This document shows positions 59,557 to 64,000 of a stretch of DNA of 64,000 bases, one piece after another. Numbering within the stretch: the stretch's first letter is position 1; every line of letters starts with the position of its first letter. Location: contig JBGCDR010000131.1 in NCBI GenBank assembly GCA_045105515.1, forward strand, positions 1 to 64,000, given 5' to 3'. Source of the DNA: Oligoflexales bacterium (GTDB lineage Bacteria > Bdellovibrionota_B > Oligoflexia > Oligoflexales > Bog-1112). The translations under genes and the position numbers were made by a program. The notes below the pieces were generated by a model, which was not told the DNA's origin, ran no database searches, and worked only from the letters and a program-made list of their open reading frames with translations.

Positions 59557-60121
59557 GAAAAGACTAGGATTAGTATTGAAAACAGGTAATAAAAGCATTG
59601 ATTTTGGTCTTGGAGACGTTGATCTACATAAAGACTTCCTATCACTGAATAGGACAGTATTGAATCCCCTAAGGCTAAAGCCTGAAAACATTCAGGTGGA
59701 TCAGGAAAGTCAGGAATATGGGGCTCTTCGTTTTGATCTTGAGGGTAAGAAAATAAAATTTAGAGTAGGAAAGACAACTCCTACTAAAGTAGGACACTTT
59801 GTAACTCTGTGGAAGCGTGTAGGTGGCGTGACTGCTCCCCACGAAAGCACTGATGAAGTCGATTTCTTTGTTATAGGCACAAGACACAAAGAAAACATAG
59901 GTTTTTTTCTGTTCTCAAAGGAAGTGCTGATTCAAAAGAAGATATTCTCAAATAACGGCACAGGTGGAAAAAGAGGAATTCGTGTTTATTCACCTTGGGT
60001 ATTGACGACAAGTAAGCAGGCGAAAAGTACTCAGATCTGGCAAGGGAAATATTTTTGTGATTTTTCTAGTCGAGCCTCTGGGACGGACAACTTTAAGGCA
60101 ATTTGGAGCGAAGGTGAATAA
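59540..60121 (+). CDS. MepB family protein
   Basis: ES.EYGA, FRVGKTTPTKVGHFVTLWKR and GKRGIRVY.PW motifs; start uncertain. Confidence 0.8.
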   Translation: MQSLFRKRLGLVLKTGNKSIDFGLGDVDLHKDFLSLNRTVLNPLRLKPENIQVDQESQEYGALRFDLEGKKIKFRVGKTTPTKVGHFVTLWKRVGGVTAPHESTDEVDFFVIGTRHKENIGFFLFSKEVLIQKKIFSNNGTGGKRGIRVYSPWVLTTSKQAKSTQIWQGKYFCDFSSRASGTDNFKAIWSEGE

Positions 60122-61178
60122 GCAAAATATTATAGACAAGTTAAAAACCTATAATCTTGGACTTAAGCGAGGTACAGTTGGTTTAAAACCATATCAGGAT
60201 TCATGGTCTGACGCTTTTGTTTTTGTGTGTGATCTTATCATAAAAGCAACGCCAGGATCTGAAGTTTGTCATGTTGGAAGTACTTCAGTCAAGGGTTGCT
60301 CTGCCAAACCGATACTTGACGTGTTGATATTTCATTCAGCTCATATCAACTTTGCTAAAGAGACTAAAGCTCTGGAAAATATTGGTTTCAAAGCTAAAGG
60401 CGAATACGGAATTTCTGGAAGAACATTTTGCACTTTTTACGATTTAGATGAAAAATTTGACTTTATACATATCCATGCGTTTCCCAAAAGGCACTCTAAT
60501 GGAATGAAGCTCTTAGATTTCAAGGAGAATCTTTTAGGGAATTCCCAAAATATCGAAAAATATAATTCTTATAAGGCTTCTCTTGTTGAGTCTGGAGTTT
60601 CTCGCAAGGAGTATCCAGATGCAAAAACAGGTTTCATCAAAGGTATCCTAGAACCTAAAAAAAATAAAATCATCCATTTTGCTAAAACTAAGCGAGAGCA
60701 GTCAGACTCTGTTAAAACATGGTTGACTAAACCTCACATTACGGAATGGCTGCATAGCGAGGGGCTCAACAATACTTTTGTAAGCTTAGATGAAAGTTTT
60801 ATTGGTGACTCAGATATGGAGCATTGGATTGCCTATGAAGATGGCAATCCTTTTGGATACTTAATTACTTCTGAAGTAGATAAAAACTTTAGTGATGTCT
60901 CTGGAATTGACTCAGATTGTGGAAAAGCCATTACTCTTGATCTTTTCATCTTTGACGAGGATTACCTTGGTAGAGGTTATGGAACGAGAATGATCAAAGA
61001 ATTCTTGCTCTCTATGTTCCCTAATATTACAGATGTTCTGATTGACCCTGAAATTCGTAATGAACGAGCCATCCATGTTTATAAGAAGGTTGGGTTCAAA
61101 ATCATCAAGGAGTTTATAGCCTCTTGGCATCCTGTGCCTCACTATCAGATGCATTTACGAATAGCAGACTGGAGTTGA
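60114..61178 (+). CDS. GrpB-like domain fused to GNAT acetyltransferase
   Basis: HVGSTSV...AKPILD (GrpB); YLGRGYG...IDP...N.RA..VY.KVGF (GNAT); GTG start 60114. Confidence 0.8.
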   Translation: MNKQNIIDKLKTYNLGLKRGTVGLKPYQDSWSDAFVFVCDLIIKATPGSEVCHVGSTSVKGCSAKPILDVLIFHSAHINFAKETKALENIGFKAKGEYGISGRTFCTFYDLDEKFDFIHIHAFPKRHSNGMKLLDFKENLLGNSQNIEKYNSYKASLVESGVSRKEYPDAKTGFIKGILEPKKNKIIHFAKTKREQSDSVKTWLTKPHITEWLHSEGLNNTFVSLDESFIGDSDMEHWIAYEDGNPFGYLITSEVDKNFSDVSGIDSDCGKAITLDLFIFDEDYLGRGYGTRMIKEFLLSMFPNITDVLIDPEIRNERAIHVYKKVGFKIIKEFIASWHPVPHYQMHLRIADWS

Positions 61179-61181
61179 ATC

Positions 61182-62090
61182 ATGGTCGTGATCCCGGCAG
61201 ATATTGATATTGACGAAGAAATAGCCATGAGTGCAATTTCTAATGAATTTTCGCTTTCGGTTGATTCAATAAAATTGCTGGGTGAAGGTTGGGACAACCT
61301 TGTTTTCTTGGTCAATGAAGCTTTTGTATTTCGATTCTCTAGGCGGAAAGTGGCTATTCCCTTGATTGAAAGGGAAATTCGAGTTTTAGCAAAGGTTGCA
61401 TCAAAATTACCATTAGCTATTCCTCAACCTCAATATTGTTCGAGGGGCACAGAAGTCTATCCTCATGCGTTCTATGGGCATAGGATTATTCCCGGAGTTA
61501 CAGGGTGTCAAATTGACTTTCAGGAAGATGAATACAAAGCAGCTGCTTCAAAATTAGGTATGCTTCTTTCAGTTCTGCATGGGGTGGATTTAGCAGAATT
61601 GCGATCAGTTGAAGACCCCATGGTTCCAGTTTTCGACCGAACAGATACGAAACAGATGTTTGCAACCTTTGATCAGCGTTTTGATTCGGTGTGCAAAACA
61701 TTTTTATCTTTGAACACAGAAACAAAAATATCTGAGATTAAAAATGCCGCTAAAAACTATAGATCTGATCAAAGCAAAAGCTCCTTAGTTCATGGTGATC
61801 TGTATCATCGCCACCTTGTTTTCAATGGTGAAAATAAACTTACGGGTGTTATTGACTGGGGTGATTGTTGCATTTCAGATCCAGTTGTTGACCTTGGTGT
61901 AGTTTACCAGTTTTTACCTCTTCGGGTTCATACCCACTTTTGGAATGCTTACGGTGAAGTTTCATTAGAGGCTCGAAATTACGCGAGGTTTTTAGGCCTG
62001 TATTCTGCAATCGCGCTGCTTTGGTTTGGACACGATCGAGGTGATAAGAGGCTTGTTGATACCGCCCTTAATACCGTTGATATGATTTAG
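61182..62090 (+). CDS. APH-family (aminoglycoside phosphotransferase-like) kinase
   Basis: GEGWDN, HGDL and IDWGD...DP..D motifs. Confidence 0.85.
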   Translation: MVVIPADIDIDEEIAMSAISNEFSLSVDSIKLLGEGWDNLVFLVNEAFVFRFSRRKVAIPLIEREIRVLAKVASKLPLAIPQPQYCSRGTEVYPHAFYGHRIIPGVTGCQIDFQEDEYKAAASKLGMLLSVLHGVDLAELRSVEDPMVPVFDRTDTKQMFATFDQRFDSVCKTFLSLNTETKISEIKNAAKNYRSDQSKSSLVHGDLYHRHLVFNGENKLTGVIDWGDCCISDPVVDLGVVYQFLPLRVHTHFWNAYGEVSLEARNYARFLGLYSAIALLWFGHDRGDKRLVDTALNTVDMI

Positions 62091-62102
62091 AAGGAAAAGG
62101 AC

Positions 62103-62312
62103 ATGAAGGCATCTAAAGCTGCCCAGGAGAGGTGGGATAAAATCCCCTCTGAAGTGCGAATGAAAATTTTAAATAACGTTTGGTGTGGGAACTGTAGAAA
62201 GTCTGTAAATATCGATGTCGATAAGATGAGTACAGACAAATTTGGACTGATATTGAACGGGAAATGCATGAACTGCGATGGACCTGTAGCTCGTGTTATT
62301 GAAAAGGATTAA
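62103..62312 (+). CDS. Small zinc-ribbon protein
   Basis: WCGNC...GKCMNC...VARVIE; AAGGA RBS. Confidence 0.7.
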   Translation: MKASKAAQERWDKIPSEVRMKILNNVWCGNCRKSVNIDVDKMSTDKFGLILNGKCMNCDGPVARVIEKD

Positions 62313-62315
62313 GAC

Positions 62316-62702
62316 ATGATAGATCATACTGGACTAAAAGTAAGCAATCCAACGGCGAGCCGCAAATTTTACGAAGAGGCCCTAGCACCTCTTGGTTATA
62401 AGATGATGATGGAAATACCCAAGGAGCATGTTGATGGCATGGTTGTCCTTGGATATGGTGTCCCTCCTAAACCAGATTTTTGGGTCGCTGAGGGGGCGCC
62501 AAATTCACCACGTTTACATGTTGCTTTTAGGGCTTCTAGCCACAAAGAAGTGGATGGATTTTATAAAGCAGCCCTTGCAGCTGGTGGAAAAGACAATGGT
62601 GCTCCTGGTCCAAGGCCTCATTATCATGAGAACTACTACGGAGCTTTTGTGTTGGACCCAGATGGGCATAATATCGAAGCTGTTTGTCATGAGTCTCAAT
62701 AA
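62316..62702 (+). CDS. VOC/glyoxalase family protein
   Basis: MIDH, HVAF, GG.DNGAPGPRPHYH and DPDGHNIEAV motifs. Confidence 0.92.
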   Translation: MIDHTGLKVSNPTASRKFYEEALAPLGYKMMMEIPKEHVDGMVVLGYGVPPKPDFWVAEGAPNSPRLHVAFRASSHKEVDGFYKAALAAGGKDNGAPGPRPHYHENYYGAFVLDPDGHNIEAVCHESQ

Positions 62703-62795
62703 AGAAAGAGCCTAGCCAAGAGGCTACTAAGACGAGATTATAAATATTTTGTGGCATTAGACTTGACCCAGCCAAGAAGCCTTTACCATGATTAA

Positions 62796-64000
62796 CTAAT
62801 CAGTTTCTCCCATGATATTTTTTAAAACTACAACGATTAAGCTGTATGTTATGCTCATCATATCTTTCATTTGAGTCCTTTCGCTCATTGTTAGACGCTT
62901 GGTGTATGCAGTTCCCTTTTCCGCATAGGGATGACTACCTGGAAGGATATTTCGACGGTCATTGATTTTTCCCAATAATTCCACTAGCTGCGGATGGTGT
63001 TTTGCAAAACTCTTTCCAGGGTCTAGGAAATGACCATATTTTTCTTTAAATGACACATTATTTTTATTCTTTAAAGCTATTGCTCCTGGAATATTTTTCT
63101 GATTCAACACGACTTGAATATTATAGATTAGTAAGTGATTGAAACTGTTCATACATCCTAACCATTTGTCGCGAGATGAATCGAAACAAACATTAGCTTG
63201 CTTTAGTAAACTTACAGCATGACCATAATCAGAACCTAGTAGGGTTTTCCACTTTTTTGTTGGATCGGTTTTAAAGTGCTTCTTCAAAATGATGGAAATA
63301 GGGTCACGTTTTTTCGAAGGTGTACCACAGATGCCAAGTTCCGAGAACGTCGATGCTACTTGTGAATTGTGAATCGCACTAGTAGGGAACGATATATTTA
63401 GACGAGCCAGATTGGAGGATAACATAATTCCTGGTTCAGGAAGACTTCTAGATAGAAAACGTTTGACTATAGGAGTCTCCTGCCCAAAATATTTATCATT
63501 TATAAGAGGAGCTAGAATCGCTTGTATCAAGGCATAATTTTCATAAAGGAGCCAGTTTGTTAAATTTGTTCCATAGATATTATCATGGCAGACAAGGAAA
63601 TTATGAATACCAAGCCTTGCTGAGAACGAAACTTTTCTTTCTTTTAATAAATCGGTAGCTCTTCTTCTTAGGGTTGTGCGATCGCCTGCTGGTATATGCT
63701 CGAGGGCTACAGATAAAAATTGCCAACACTGCCCTTGGACGTAATCATAAGGACTACTTTTGAGGTTTTCTTGGATGGCTAAAATCACGGACTTAGTCGA
63801 AATATGATTAGTTAAGAAAGAGAGAAATGCATCCACATGTTCTGGAAGAGACTGCCAGATTTTAAGAACTTTTAAACGAATTTTTGATGAAGGCATGCTG
63901 TGAAAAAGTACATATCGCAATTGTGATTTATTGATCAACATCCCAGTTTCGTTAAAACATCGATCAAATATCTCCTCTGCTTCCCCCTTTTCTAATTCCT
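62796..64000 (-). CDS. C-terminal part of a large alpha-helical protein with HEPN-like motif (possible defence protein); 5' end outside window
   Basis: Frame stays open to the window end (…ELEKGEAEEIFDRCFNETGMLINK); helical repeats; RNILPGSH (R-x6-H) near the C-terminus. Confidence 0.6.
   Translation of the reverse strand, partial: ELEKGEAEEIFDRCFNETGMLINKSQLRYVLFHSMPSSKIRLKVLKIWQSLPEHVDAFLSFLTNHISTKSVILAIQENLKSSPYDYVQGQCWQFLSVALEHIPAGDRTTLRRRATDLLKERKVSFSARLGIHNFLVCHDNIYGTNLTNWLLYENYALIQAILAPLINDKYFGQETPIVKRFLSRSLPEPGIMLSSNLARLNISFPTSAIHNSQVASTFSELGICGTPSKKRDPISIILKKHFKTDPTKKWKTLLGSDYGHAVSLLKQANVCFDSSRDKWLGCMNSFNHLLIYNIQVVLNQKNIPGAIALKNKNNVSFKEKYGHFLDPGKSFAKHHPQLVELLGKINDRRNILPGSHPYAEKGTAYTKRLTMSERTQMKDMMSITYSLIVVVLKNIMGETD

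Larger units (their letters stand above)
31516..64000. mobile_element. Integrative conjugative element inserted at the 3' end of groEL; right boundary lies beyond the window
   Basis: Integrase/excisionase abut groEL; relaxase, coupling ATPase, F-type T4SS genes, regulators and cargo follow; no second att copy seen in window. Confidence 0.85.

Noticed and set aside
58813..62790. Integron cassette array
   Set aside because: Genes overlap or abut, with no attC-like palindromes and no IntI-type integrase

Overview
The window has two halves. Bases 1-31.5 kb are ordinary chromosome of a Gram-negative bacterium; a Bdellovibrionota/Oligoflexia-like host is my low-confidence impression. This half holds secreted hypotheticals, a POT peptide transporter, dgcN-dgcA D-glutamate catabolism, the moaA-moaC/B-moeA-moaD-moaE operon, class I lysS, a GGDEF response regulator, serS, a dus gene, nupC and groES-groEL. 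Directly after the groEL stop codon an integrative conjugative element (ICE) begins and runs off the right end of the window (>32 kb). It carries a tyrosine integrase and excisionase, an orphan DNA methyltransferase, a PD-(D/E)xK Replic_Relax/MOBC-like relaxase and an FtsK/SpoIIIE (TcpA-like) coupling ATPase. It also has a reduced F-type T4SS (TraA, L, E, K, B, V, C, H, short G, U, and a thioredoxin-like protein) with a lone PilB/GspE-type ATPase, two sigma-region-4-only proteins, a divergent XRE/receiver/periplasmic binding protein/histidine kinase operon, detoxification-type cargo, and a truncated helical protein with a HEPN-like motif. The most notable system is this chimeric conjugation machinery. 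Fine-scale signals: an A13 tract that frameshifts the pilin gene (possible phase switch), an IS with perfect 22-bp IRs and a 6-bp TSD that splits a lipoprotein kinase gene, a ~130-bp polypurine tract beside the relaxase, integrase arm-like repeats at groEL, and a structured ~165-nt intergenic element at 12.4 kb. All family calls come from motif recognition by eye; no database search was run.
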